From: Candidatus Latescibacterota bacterium | GTDB taxonomy: Bacteria > Latescibacterota > UBA2968 | DNA: 64,000 nt | Reading direction: 5' to 3' | NCBI GenBank assembly: GCA_965204745.1 | Contig: OZ242010.1 | Location: 3,040,001-3,104,000 of the forward strand | Shown: positions 26,667-35,658 of the stretch, in pieces | Layout: every line of letters begins with the position of its first letter | How positions within the stretch are numbered: the first letter of the stretch is position 1 | Notes under the pieces: model-generated | What the model saw: only the letters and a program-made list of their open reading frames with translations | What the model was told of the DNA's origin: nothing | Database searches by the model: none | Program-made: the position numbers and the translations under genes

Positions 26667-27551
26667 GTGAAATACATTATCTCGTTCATTCTCATTTTAA
26701 CCTGCGGCCTATTCTCTGCCGAGGCCAACACAGCGGCGCGCAAGGTCGGGTTTGTGCTGTTGCGCGAGGGCGTGGGCGCGCGGTCGGCTGCGATGGGCGA
26801 TGCACAGACCGCTGTGGTGGGCGATCAGACGGCTGCGGTTTGGAATCCGGCAGGCGTCGCGGCAATGCGGGGCAAACACTTTGTTTTGGCGCACCACCGC
26901 TCGTTTCAGGGTATCAAACAGGGCTATGGCGGGTGGGCCTACGGCAATGGCAAGCGCGGGATCGCGCTGAGTTTGGGCGTGTATGGGACAGGGGGATTGG
27001 AAGCGCGCCGAGAACCGACCGCGAGGCCAGCGGGGCTGTTTAGCGTGTATGACCTCCATGCGGGCCTGTCTTTTGCACAAAAAATAGGGCGGCGAATCCA
27101 CCTGGGATTTTCGGTTCGGGCGTTGCACGAGAACATCGGCCCGGAAAGCGCGTGGGGGATGAGCGTGGATCTAGGCGCGTTGTATCGCCTGTCCGAACAC
27201 TGGATGCTCGGCGCGGCGTATCGGAATTTTGGCCGCACCGCACGCTTGGACCGCGAGCGCGTTCCCTTGCCCCGGGTGTTTCGCATGGGCGTTGCGTGGT
27301 CTTGGCGGGCATGGGTGACATCCGCAGATTTTCGCCTGCCAGCGATGGGCAAGCGCGGGGCGCATGTCGGCATCGAGTACGGGATTATGGACAAATTGTT
27401 TTTGCGCGGTGGCCTGCAAACCGGGCACGATACGCGCACCCTGTCGTTTGGGCTGGGCATTGCGCGGCGCGCCTGGCGCGTGGATTACGCCTTTGTGCCC
27501 GCATCCCACGGCTTGGGCAACGCGCATCGCATCGCGGTGGGGATGAGGTGA
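26667..27551 (+). CDS. PorV/PorQ-family (UPF0164) outer-membrane beta-barrel protein
   Basis: Signal peptide; GVGARSAAMGDA, WNPAG, DLGALY, LFLRGG, VDYAF..LGNAHRI. Confidence 0.8.
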   Translation: MKYIISFILILTCGLFSAEANTAARKVGFVLLREGVGARSAAMGDAQTAVVGDQTAAVWNPAGVAAMRGKHFVLAHHRSFQGIKQGYGGWAYGNGKRGIALSLGVYGTGGLEARREPTARPAGLFSVYDLHAGLSFAQKIGRRIHLGFSVRALHENIGPESAWGMSVDLGALYRLSEHWMLGAAYRNFGRTARLDRERVPLPRVFRMGVAWSWRAWVTSADFRLPAMGKRGAHVGIEYGIMDKLFLRGGLQTGHDTRTLSFGLGIARRAWRVDYAFVPASHGLGNAHRIAVGMR

Positions 27552-27613
27552 GGAGCTATCGGCTTTGGGCGGGCTGACAACTGGCGACTGACAACTGACA
27601 ACGCGAGGATCAA

Positions 27614-30600
27614 ATGAATACGAACACTTTTGACTTCAACGCGACATCCCTCGCACGAGCGGGGTTTCGAGATGCAGAACGCGCGGTACAAAATCTCGAG
27701 GGGTTGACCGACCCGAGCGTTTATGGGCAACTGCCCGACGGGTTTTTGCAGGCGTTGACCGCCGCGCCCGATCCGGATCTGGCGCTGAACAATTTTGATC
27801 GCGTGGCGCGGGCCATGGTTCGGCGCGAAGACTTTGCGCGCCACCTCGATGCGAATGCCGAGTTGTGCCGCATGCTGGTGTACGCGCTCGGGGGCAGTTC
27901 GTTTATGGCCGATGTTTTTGTGCGCGATTCCGAGACGTTTTTCTGGCTGACGGAAAATCCCAATCGGATCGCAGAGGCGTCTGACAAAGCGCGGTTGCTC
28001 GCGGATTTTGATCGGGAGGTTGAGGCGAAAGATACGCGAGACGACAAGCTCAACGCCGTTCGGCGCGCGGCGCGGCGCGAGTTGTTGCGAATCGGCGTGG
28101 GCGATTTGGCGGGTCATCGCGCCATCCAATACGTGGCGGCCGATTTGTCGATCTTGGCGGATGTGTGTTTGCAAAAGCTGGTCGATATTTTGCTACCGGA
28201 TTTGCAAGCGCGTTACGGCAGGCCCCGAGACGTGAAGGGGCAACCCGTGGATTTTGCGATCATCGGTTTGGGCAAATTGGGGGGGATGGAGCTCAATTTC
28301 AGTTCGGACATCGACTTGATGTTCGCGTACAGCGCGGGGGGGAATACCGATGGCGCGAGGGCCACGACCAATCAGGAATTTTTCACCCGATTGGGCGAGC
28401 AAATTGTGCGCGCCGCAACAGAAGTGACCTACGAGGGGTTTTTGTATCGCACGGACATGCGCTTGCGGCCCGATGGCGCGGCCGGCGCGCTGGTGATGCC
28501 CCTGAGCGGATACGAGAGCTACTACATGCTGCGGGGCGAGTTGTGGGAGCGGCAGATGCTGATCAAAGCGCGGTGTTGCGCCGGGTCGAGCCGCCTGGGC
28601 AATCGGTTTTTGGACATGGTAAAACCCTTTGTTTATCCGCGCCATTTCGATATGAGCCCGGCGACCGAGATCAACCGCATCAAAGGGCGCATCGAAGAGG
28701 GCATCGGGCGCAAAGGGCAACGCGAAACGCATCTGAAATTGCGCTCGGGCGGCATTCGGGATATCGAATTTATCGTGCAGTGCCTGCAATTGCTCGTGGG
28801 GCGCGTACACGAAAATGCGCGTTCAGACAATACGCTCGAGGCCATTCGGCAGTTGCAAGGGGTGTCGGCGCTGTCGGACGAAGAAGCCGATAAGTTGAGA
28901 AATGCCTATGTCTTTTTCAGGCGTTTGGAACACCGCTTGCAGATGATGCACAACCGCAGCGATTATTCCCTGCCGGAAACAGAGGAGGAACAGCGCGTTA
29001 TGGCGCGCACGATGGATGTGGCGTCGGCACGGGCGTATCGCAAAACACTGGACGATCATTCGAAGGATGTTCAAGAGGTGTATGCCGGTGTCTTTACCGA
29101 GGCGCAAGAAAGCGAGGGCCGGTCTATCGGCGCGCTGGTCAATATGGAGGTCGGCGATGCAGAGGCCATCGGGCTCTTAAAAGAGATCGGCTTTGACCGC
29201 CCGACAGAGGCGCATCGCAACCTCATCTATTTGGCTTATGGGCATGTGCCGCGGCTTATGGGCACCCAAGCGCGGCAGAGTTTTACGGAATTGGCCCCCG
29301 CATTGATGCGCGCGCTTCAGGATTCGCCCGATCCGGATCAGGGGTTGAAAAACTTGGAAAGTCTGGTGTCTGCTTATGGCGCGGGCGATATGTTTTTCCG
29401 AATTTTGACCGTCCATGACGGGTTTCGCAAGTTGGTGCTGTCTCTGTGCGTCGGTAGCCAATTTTTGGTGCAGGTGATCACGCGCAACCCCGGCTTGCTC
29501 GATTGGCTGGTTCGGCCAGAGGTTTTGTATTTCGATCCCGAGGCAGAAATTTTGCACCTGAGCCCCGGCGCCGCTGCTTTGCGCGAACAACTCCGCGTGC
29601 AAATCGAGCGGTATGGCGACACACCCGAATTGGTCGGCGCGTTGAACGCGGTCAAAAACCGCGAGTTGTTGCGCTTTGGCACGCGCAATTTGGTGGATTT
29701 GACGGATACGTTTGAGACGTTTGAAGCCCTGACGATGTTGGCCGATGCCGTGGTGCAAGTGGTCTATGAGGTGGTGTACGCGCGCTTGGTGGCAAAGCGA
29801 GGCGTGCCGCGCAATCCGCAGGGCGAAGAGGTCGGTTTTGTGGTATTGGGCCTCGGCAAGATGGGCGGGGGCGAATTGAGCTTTGGCTCGGATTTGGATA
29901 TCGTGTTTGTCTATGGCGAAGATGGCGAGACAGATGGCGCACGTCCGCAGGGGAATTTGCAATTCTTTATCGACTTGTCGCAGCAGATGATCGCGATGCT
30001 CGGGCAAAACACCCCGCAGGGCAAGCTCTATCCGGTGGATGCGCGGTTGCGCCCCGAGGGATCGGGCGCGCTTTTGGCCCTGTCTTTGGAGGCGTATGGC
30101 AAGTATTTGGACACGCGCGCATCCACCTGGGAGCGGCTCGCGCTTTCCCGCAGTCGGGTCGTTGCCGGCGATCCGGCTTGGGGCGAAAAGCTGATGAATT
30201 TGTTCGAGCCGTTTGTCGTGGGCACCGGATTTTCAGATGCCGAGGTCGCCACCATGCTGGATATTCGCAAGAAAATGGAACGCAAAGATGGCCCGAAAAC
30301 CGGGAAGTCCTTGAGCATTAAAACAGACCCGGGCGGGATCGTGGATATCGAGTTCATCGCCCAAATTTTGCAGTTGCAACACGCCAAAGATCACCCCGAG
30401 CTCCGCAGTGCTAATACGCTCGACGCGCTTTGGCGATTGGTCGGCGCCGGGTTTTTGGAGGCCGAAGACGCACGCGATCTCCAGCAGGCGTTTGTGTTTT
30501 TGCGTACAGTCGAAAAAGTGATCAGACGCCAAGACGAACAAGCGCGCACCCGCCTGCCCGCCGAAGACCGCGCCCTGACCGCATTGGCACGCGCCATGGG

Positions 30601-30694
30601 GTATGAGACAGCCGAGGCGTTTGGCGATGCCCTAAAAAAAGAAATGACCCAAACGCGGGCGATTTTTGACCGGGTGGTTAAAAGTGAGAGGTGA
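27614..30694 (+). CDS. glnE: Bifunctional glutamine synthetase adenylyltransferase/adenylyl-removing enzyme
   Basis: Two NTase repeats GLGKLGGMELNFSSDIDL and GLGKMGGGELSFGSDLDI; DMRLRPDG, DARLRPEG; GGIRDIEF, GGIVDIEF. Confidence 0.93.
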   Translation: MNTNTFDFNATSLARAGFRDAERAVQNLEGLTDPSVYGQLPDGFLQALTAAPDPDLALNNFDRVARAMVRREDFARHLDANAELCRMLVYALGGSSFMADVFVRDSETFFWLTENPNRIAEASDKARLLADFDREVEAKDTRDDKLNAVRRAARRELLRIGVGDLAGHRAIQYVAADLSILADVCLQKLVDILLPDLQARYGRPRDVKGQPVDFAIIGLGKLGGMELNFSSDIDLMFAYSAGGNTDGARATTNQEFFTRLGEQIVRAATEVTYEGFLYRTDMRLRPDGAAGALVMPLSGYESYYMLRGELWERQMLIKARCCAGSSRLGNRFLDMVKPFVYPRHFDMSPATEINRIKGRIEEGIGRKGQRETHLKLRSGGIRDIEFIVQCLQLLVGRVHENARSDNTLEAIRQLQGVSALSDEEADKLRNAYVFFRRLEHRLQMMHNRSDYSLPETEEEQRVMARTMDVASARAYRKTLDDHSKDVQEVYAGVFTEAQESEGRSIGALVNMEVGDAEAIGLLKEIGFDRPTEAHRNLIYLAYGHVPRLMGTQARQSFTELAPALMRALQDSPDPDQGLKNLESLVSAYGAGDMFFRILTVHDGFRKLVLSLCVGSQFLVQVITRNPGLLDWLVRPEVLYFDPEAEILHLSPGAAALREQLRVQIERYGDTPELVGALNAVKNRELLRFGTRNLVDLTDTFETFEALTMLADAVVQVVYEVVYARLVAKRGVPRNPQGEEVGFVVLGLGKMGGGELSFGSDLDIVFVYGEDGETDGARPQGNLQFFIDLSQQMIAMLGQNTPQGKLYPVDARLRPEGSGALLALSLEAYGKYLDTRASTWERLALSRSRVVAGDPAWGEKLMNLFEPFVVGTGFSDAEVATMLDIRKKMERKDGPKTGKSLSIKTDPGGIVDIEFIAQILQLQHAKDHPELRSANTLDALWRLVGAGFLEAEDARDLQQAFVFLRTVEKVIRRQDEQARTRLPAEDRALTALARAMGYETAEAFGDALKKEMTQTRAIFDRVVKSER

Positions 30695-30868
30695 GACGGG
30701 AGAGGTGAGACGTAAGACGTAAGACGGGAGACCGTAGGGGCGGTGCCCCTGTGGCCGCCCGAAGATACAAGAAGTAGTCAGCGGTCAGCGGTCAGCGGTC
30801 AGTTGTTAGTTCCCTGACTTTTGGTTTTAATCCGCGTAATCCCTTAATCCGCATAATCCGCGATTCAG
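30684..30868 (+). repeat. Mixed repeat cluster: heptamers, GTAG-type REP, (GGTCAGC)n and AATCC repeats
   Basis: gtgagaggtgagacgggagag..gtaagacgtaagac; gtaggggcggtgcccctgtggccgccc (30734-30760); gtcagcggtcagcgg; aatccgcgtaatcccttaatccgcataatccgc. Confidence 0.85.
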
Positions 30869-30934
30869 ATACGGCGGGGCGGAGAGGAAGGGCACGCACG
30901 GGTTTTAGAGGCGATCCATTGAGATTTGGGTCGC

Positions 30935-31933
30935 CTATTTGTTTTTGAAATACGCCCGCAATTTGCACGTCAACGGATGCGCGGATAGGGGGTGGGCGAT
31001 TTGATGCAGGTGTTGCGCGATTCGGGCGTTGATATTTTGCCAAGGCGATGATCGTGCCGAAAGGCAAAGGCGTGCGGCGGAGAGGTGATAGATGAGGTGA
31101 TGGGCGTCCAAGCGTGCGTGGATGATTTCGGCGGGGGTATCGTACAATTTGGATGCCGAGTTCGCGTAGTGTCGCGCAAGTGCGGGTGTGAGCAGGCTGA
31201 CGACGCGGCCCTTGGGATGGTGCGCGCCGAGGGCGGTCGTGTATTGTACCAGCCGGCGTTCGGGCCAGTCGTAGCCGATTTTGGCGAGTTCGAGAACGGT
31301 CGCCGTCCCCATATTTGAACACGCGATGTTGCGGGCGTTGTAATCGGTGGGGCCGAGCGCGGGCGCGGCGCGGGCGAGTTCTTCGACGAGTGCTGTCCAT
31401 GTCGGCAAGAGGTCGGGCGCGGTGGGCGTTGCGAGTGTGGGCAGTGTTTCGCCGAGGGATTGGGTGAGGTGCTGCCAGTGTTCGCGCAACGCATCGGCAT
31501 CACAGCCGGGCGCGATGCGTGAGGCGAAGTTGGGCGGGTGATGGTGAAAGGCGTTTTCAAGGGCGCGAAGGGTGTGGATGACGCTGCGGGCGAATGGGTT
31601 GGGATCCGCGGTTTGACATATATCGTCGAGGGTTTGATCCCCGCACCATTCGCAGACGACCAAGCCCTCAGCGGGTTCGGTTGCGATGATGCGCGGCACC
31701 GAGACGCCATGGGCGAGCAGGTGGTCTGTGACCCGTTGTTCCACCGCGAGCAGGTCATAGGGCTTTCCGCACGTGAGTGGGGCAAACAGATGGTGTTTAA
31801 CCGCGAATACGGATCTGACAGTGGTGACTTTCCAAACCGCATGGGCGCACGATTCGGAGACGGGTTCGATTTTCTCAATCCCCTGCTGGTCGGGCAAGTT
31901 GGCGCGGAACAGGCGGTGGATGGTTTCGGTCAT
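30935..31933 (-). CDS. Aminoglycoside-phosphotransferase/kinase-like protein
   Basis: VFAVK, GVSVPRII, VVCEW, catalytic-loop-like PTDYNARNI. Confidence 0.65.
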   Translation of the reverse strand: MTETIHRLFRANLPDQQGIEKIEPVSESCAHAVWKVTTVRSVFAVKHHLFAPLTCGKPYDLLAVEQRVTDHLLAHGVSVPRIIATEPAEGLVVCEWCGDQTLDDICQTADPNPFARSVIHTLRALENAFHHHPPNFASRIAPGCDADALREHWQHLTQSLGETLPTLATPTAPDLLPTWTALVEELARAAPALGPTDYNARNIACSNMGTATVLELAKIGYDWPERRLVQYTTALGAHHPKGRVVSLLTPALARHYANSASKLYDTPAEIIHARLDAHHLIYHLSAARLCLSARSSPWQNINARIAQHLHQIAHPLSAHPLTCKLRAYFKNK

Positions 31934-32042
31934 GGGCAAGTGGGGAAAGATCGCGGAGAGCGCAGATTGACATTTGAGGGGACGTTGTATATTTTGCTGT
32001 GTGCTTATTTTGCGGAGATTCGTTGGCGCACGCAAGGATGAC

Positions 32043-32186
32043 GTGGTCAGTTGTCAGTGGTCAGTGGTCAGTAGCCAGTTGTCAGTCCGCACAACCCAAC
32101 CCCAAAAGGCGCGAGCCATGCAAAGTGAAAATGTAGGGGCGGTGCCCCTCGACTTGGGCATTCAAGAGCAGGTGCCGTGCCCGCCC
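32043..32186 (+). repeat. GGTCAGT tract and an interrupted GTAG REP upstream of coaX
   Basis: gtggtcagttgtcagtggtcagtggtcagtagccagttgtcag; gtaggggcggtgcccct...cgtgcccgccc at 32133-32186. Confidence 0.75.
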
Positions 32187-32204
32187 TTAAATTCGGGACG
32201 AAAG

Positions 32205-32939
32205 GTGTTGGTTTTTGACGTGGGCAATTCGCGGTTGAAGGCCGCGTTATACGATAATGGTCGCCCAGTTGTGCGGGCGTCTTTGGCTGCGAAGCGGATG
32301 GAGATAGGCGCCCTGCTCATGTCGCGTTTTGCCCCGGTGGGAACGCCTGACCGGTGTTTGATCGCGTCTGTGGTGCGCGGCGCAGCAGGGGTGATTCAGC
32401 GTGCGGTGCAAGAGGTGTGGGCACTCGCGCCCATCGCGGTGGATGCGGAGATGGATTTGGGGATTGAGATCGCTGTGCCGCGTCCGGATTATGTGGGCAT
32501 AGATCGGTTGCTGGAGGCGAGTGAGGCGTTTCGGATCGCGCGAGGGGCCGTGGTCGTCGCGGCGTTTGGCTCTGCGATGACCGTGGATTTGGTGAGCGCG
32601 GCGGGCGTTTTTTGCGGGGGAACCATCGCGCCCGGGTTGGGCATGGGATTGCGCGCTTTGCGCGGTGAAACGAGTTTGCTTCCCCGCGTGGCACTCGAAC
32701 CGCCGGATTCCGCTGTTGGGACGGATACGGCGTCTTGCATCCGTGCGGGCGTGGTTTATGGCGCCGCTGGCGCGGTTGAGCGGTTGTTCCGGGAATTAGC
32801 CCCCGATGGCCGTGCAAGGCTCGTTTTGACCGGCGGCGATGCCGAGTTGATATCGCCATTCATCGCATTGCCCCACCGCGTAGAGGCCGATTTGGTGTTG
32901 CGCGCATTGGTTTCTTTAGACCGCAGACTTGTTGGCTAA
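32205..32939 (+). CDS. coaX: Type III pantothenate kinase
   Basis: VFDVGNSRLK, ASVV, VGIDR, FGSAMTVD, GGTIAPG, TSLLP, LTGGDA; start could instead be ATG 32118. Confidence 0.88.
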   Translation: MLVFDVGNSRLKAALYDNGRPVVRASLAAKRMEIGALLMSRFAPVGTPDRCLIASVVRGAAGVIQRAVQEVWALAPIAVDAEMDLGIEIAVPRPDYVGIDRLLEASEAFRIARGAVVVAAFGSAMTVDLVSAAGVFCGGTIAPGLGMGLRALRGETSLLPRVALEPPDSAVGTDTASCIRAGVVYGAAGAVERLFRELAPDGRARLVLTGGDAELISPFIALPHRVEADLVLRALVSLDRRLVG

Positions 32940-32953
32940 AATGGAGGATTCGC

Positions 32954-33991
32954 ATGGAAAAACGACAAACCGCCGCGACGACGCGCAAGAAGGACGATCT
33001 GATCGTGATTTGCGGCGCAGGGGGGTTTATCGCCGGCGCCTTGACGCGATACTTTTTCGAGCGGGGATTTACGCGCCTGCGTGCCGTGGATAAGAAACCC
33101 CTGCCCGAATGGTACCAGCGCGTGCCTGGCGTGGAAAATCTGTCTTTGGATTTGAGCGACGAAGCGAATTGCAAACGCGCGGTTGAAGGCGCGGTCGAAG
33201 TCTATAATCTCGCAGCCGATATGGGCGGCATGGGCTTTATCGAGCGGTTTCGGGTCGAATGTTTACGCAGTGTCCTCATCAATACCCACCTGATCGAAGC
33301 GGCTTATTGGGCGGGCGTTGATCGGTATTTTTTTGCGTCATCTGCATGCGCGTACAATACCGAGTTGCAGAAGGACCCGCATGTGCGCGCGCTCAAGGAA
33401 TCGGACGCCTATCCCGCGATGGCCGAGCGCGGGTACGGGTGGGAAAAATTGATCTCGGAGATGTTTTGCCAAGAGTACTGTGAAGAACGCGGCATGAAAA
33501 CCGCAATAGCGCGATTCCACAATGTGTATGGGCCTTATGGCACATGGGATGGCGGACGGGAAAAAGCACCGGCCGCGCTTTGCCGCAAAGCGATTGAAGC
33601 CAAAGACAGCGGCAAACTCGAGATCGACATTTGGGGCGACGGCAACCAAACCCGCAGCTTTATGTACATTGACGATTGCATCAAGGGCGTGGATATGATC
33701 ATGCACAGCGACGATCTGATCGCAACGCCCATCAACCTCGGCTCCAGCGAACTCGTTTCCATCAATGACCTGGTCAGCGTGATCGAAGACATCGCCGATG
33801 TGAAACTCAACCGCACGTATGACCTGACCGCGCCGCAGGGCGTTGCCGGGCGCAACAGCGACAACGCGATGATCGAGAAAGCCCTCAACTGGGAGCCAGA
33901 CACGCCCCTGCGCGACGGCATGGGCAAAACATATACCTGGATCGCCCAACAGTACGCGGACCGCAAAGCGGGCAAGCGCACGGTGAGTTAG
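32954..33991 (+). CDS. NAD-dependent epimerase, GDP-mannose 3,5-epimerase-like
   Basis: GAGGFIA, NLAADMGGMGFI, ASSACAY, YGWEKL, RFHNVYGP..WDGGREKAPAALCRK, GVAGRNSDN. Confidence 0.88.
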   Translation: MEKRQTAATTRKKDDLIVICGAGGFIAGALTRYFFERGFTRLRAVDKKPLPEWYQRVPGVENLSLDLSDEANCKRAVEGAVEVYNLAADMGGMGFIERFRVECLRSVLINTHLIEAAYWAGVDRYFFASSACAYNTELQKDPHVRALKESDAYPAMAERGYGWEKLISEMFCQEYCEERGMKTAIARFHNVYGPYGTWDGGREKAPAALCRKAIEAKDSGKLEIDIWGDGNQTRSFMYIDDCIKGVDMIMHSDDLIATPINLGSSELVSINDLVSVIEDIADVKLNRTYDLTAPQGVAGRNSDNAMIEKALNWEPDTPLRDGMGKTYTWIAQQYADRKAGKRTVS

Positions 33992-33994
33992 GCG

Positions 33995-34260
33995 CGAGAG
34001 GGGAGAGGCAAGAGGCGAGAGGTGAAAGGCGGGAGAGGCAAGAGGCGAGAGGCAAGAGGCGAGAGGCAAGAGGCGAGAGGCAAGAGGCGAGAGGCAAGAG
34101 GCGAGAGGCAAGAGGCGAGAGGCAAGAGGCGAGAGGCAAGAGGCGAGAGGCAAGAGGCGAGAGGCAAGAGGCGAGAGGCAAGAGGTAAGAGGCGAGAAGG
34201 CCACTGCGCTATCCCTCTCAAGTCGTCAGTGGTCAGTAGTCAGTGGTCAGTGGTCAGTTG
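33995..34260 (+). repeat. Composite repeat: (GAGGCAAGAGGCGA)x~11, 24 nt linker, (TCAGTGG)n
   Basis: Near-perfect 14-mer array 34034-34190, then gagaaggc cactgcgctatccctctcaagtcg tcagtgg tcagtag. Confidence 0.92.
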
Positions 34261-34263
34261 TTA

Positions 34264-34684
34264 GGTTCTGTTGACATTTACGAGCAAAGCAACTGGCTTG
34301 AGCGGTTTATCAAGAAAATCAAGCCCTATCGCAGAATATGCTCTTGGTTTGAGAAACTGAAACAGTCGCTCCTTATTGGGACCTACCCCCCTAACCCCCC
34401 TTCCTGTGAGGAAGGGGGGAACTGTGAGCGGTTTTGCGAGGGGATTGATGAGGGATATTTAATCGCTTTATGCCCTCGCACAACGCCATCTGAGCAACCA
34501 GAGCGAGAAGCCATCAAAGGGACTTTACTCCCCTTTCCTCGTAGGAAAGGGGCCGGGGGATAGGTCCCCTCGGTCAACGCCATCAGAGCAACCTAAGCCA
34601 TCAAAGGACCAAACGCATTAAATGAGTAAGCAACACAGTTGCTACTCTGTGCGTAACGTCAAAAAATAAAATGTCAACACAACC
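34264..34684 (+). mobile_element. MITE derived from an IS5-family element (copy 1)
   Basis: TIRs ggttctgttgacattt / aaatgtcaacacaacc; TTA on both flanks; internal transposase C-terminal relic YEQSNWLERFIKKIKPYRRICSWFEKL; nested REP-like hairpins. Confidence 0.8.
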
Positions 34685-34726
34685 TTAGGTGTCAGTCGTC
34701 AGTGGTCAGTCCTCCCAACCCCATTC

Positions 34727-34753
34727 GTAGGGGCGGTGCCCCCGTGCCCGCTC
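34727..34753 (+). repeat. GTAG-type REP element
   Basis: gtaggggcggtgcccccgtgcccgctc, same family as 30734 and 32133. Confidence 0.7.
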
Positions 34754-34830
34754 ATCGTCAACCCGGTAGCACAGGCGTAGCCAACGCCGGAGTCCAGTGG
34801 CTTTTTGGTTTTTATTTTTTGGAGTCATTT

Positions 34831-35619
34831 ATGCACACGAACCTAACGAGCGTGATCGGCGAGATGCCCTTTCGCATGGCCTTTGCCGGCGGGTGGATCG
34901 ATCAGCCCTTTGTCTCGCGGCACAACCCATCGCCGCCCGGATCTATGGTGGTGGTCTCGCTCGAACCCACTTGTCGGTTTATGAATCGCTGTGGCATGGC
35001 GACCAGCACCCGAGAGATCGCCATGCGGCTTTGGGGAGACGACGTTCCTCAAGGCAAACCATCTGATCTCGTCAAAGAACTGTACACAGCCGAAAATCAG
35101 GGCAAGGTCGAACCGTCCGGGTCGCAGGACATGATCGGGTTGCTCTATCCGGGGGTGAGCAGGCTCGACTACGATTGTGACTATGAGGGCGGCTATTTCC
35201 CGGTGCATATCGAATCCAACAATGACCCCGAGATCGCGCACTGGCTCGAAGAGGTGATCCACCTGGTGCCCATCGCGCCGCGGCCAGATGGGTACGCGCC
35301 ATTGGGCAAAAAAAATCTCAATCCAAAGTGGATTGAAAACTTGGGGCAGTCCGGCAAAAATTGTTACCGCGCGATCCTCGCCCAAGACGCCCAGGGCTTG
35401 GGCGCGTCTTTGAACGAGTGCATGCGGTGTTGGGAAATCCTGTTGCCACACACGATGCGACACCCCACTATCGAAATCGATCTCATGGGCATTTTGGAAT
35501 ACTACCAATCCCGATACATCGGCGCGATGTATTCGGGTTGCGGCGGCGGCTATATCTACGTCGTTTCCGATGAACCCGTGCCCGGCGCACTCCGCGTCAC
35601 TGTCCGCTATGGGACATAA
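34831..35619 (+). CDS. GHMP-kinase-like protein
   Basis: PFRMAFAGGWID, CGMATST, SGSQD, SGCGGGY; GGAG before ATG. Confidence 0.7.
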   Translation: MHTNLTSVIGEMPFRMAFAGGWIDQPFVSRHNPSPPGSMVVVSLEPTCRFMNRCGMATSTREIAMRLWGDDVPQGKPSDLVKELYTAENQGKVEPSGSQDMIGLLYPGVSRLDYDCDYEGGYFPVHIESNNDPEIAHWLEEVIHLVPIAPRPDGYAPLGKKNLNPKWIENLGQSGKNCYRAILAQDAQGLGASLNECMRCWEILLPHTMRHPTIEIDLMGILEYYQSRYIGAMYSGCGGGYIYVVSDEPVPGALRVTVRYGT

Positions 35620-35658
35620 CCCTCAATAGGACAAGTCCAAGAAATGTAGGGAAAAGCA

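Noticed and set aside
33338-34264. ORFs with LLPLASCLSPLASR or EARG repeats
   Set aside because: Translations of the 14-mer DNA repeat or antisense of the epimerase
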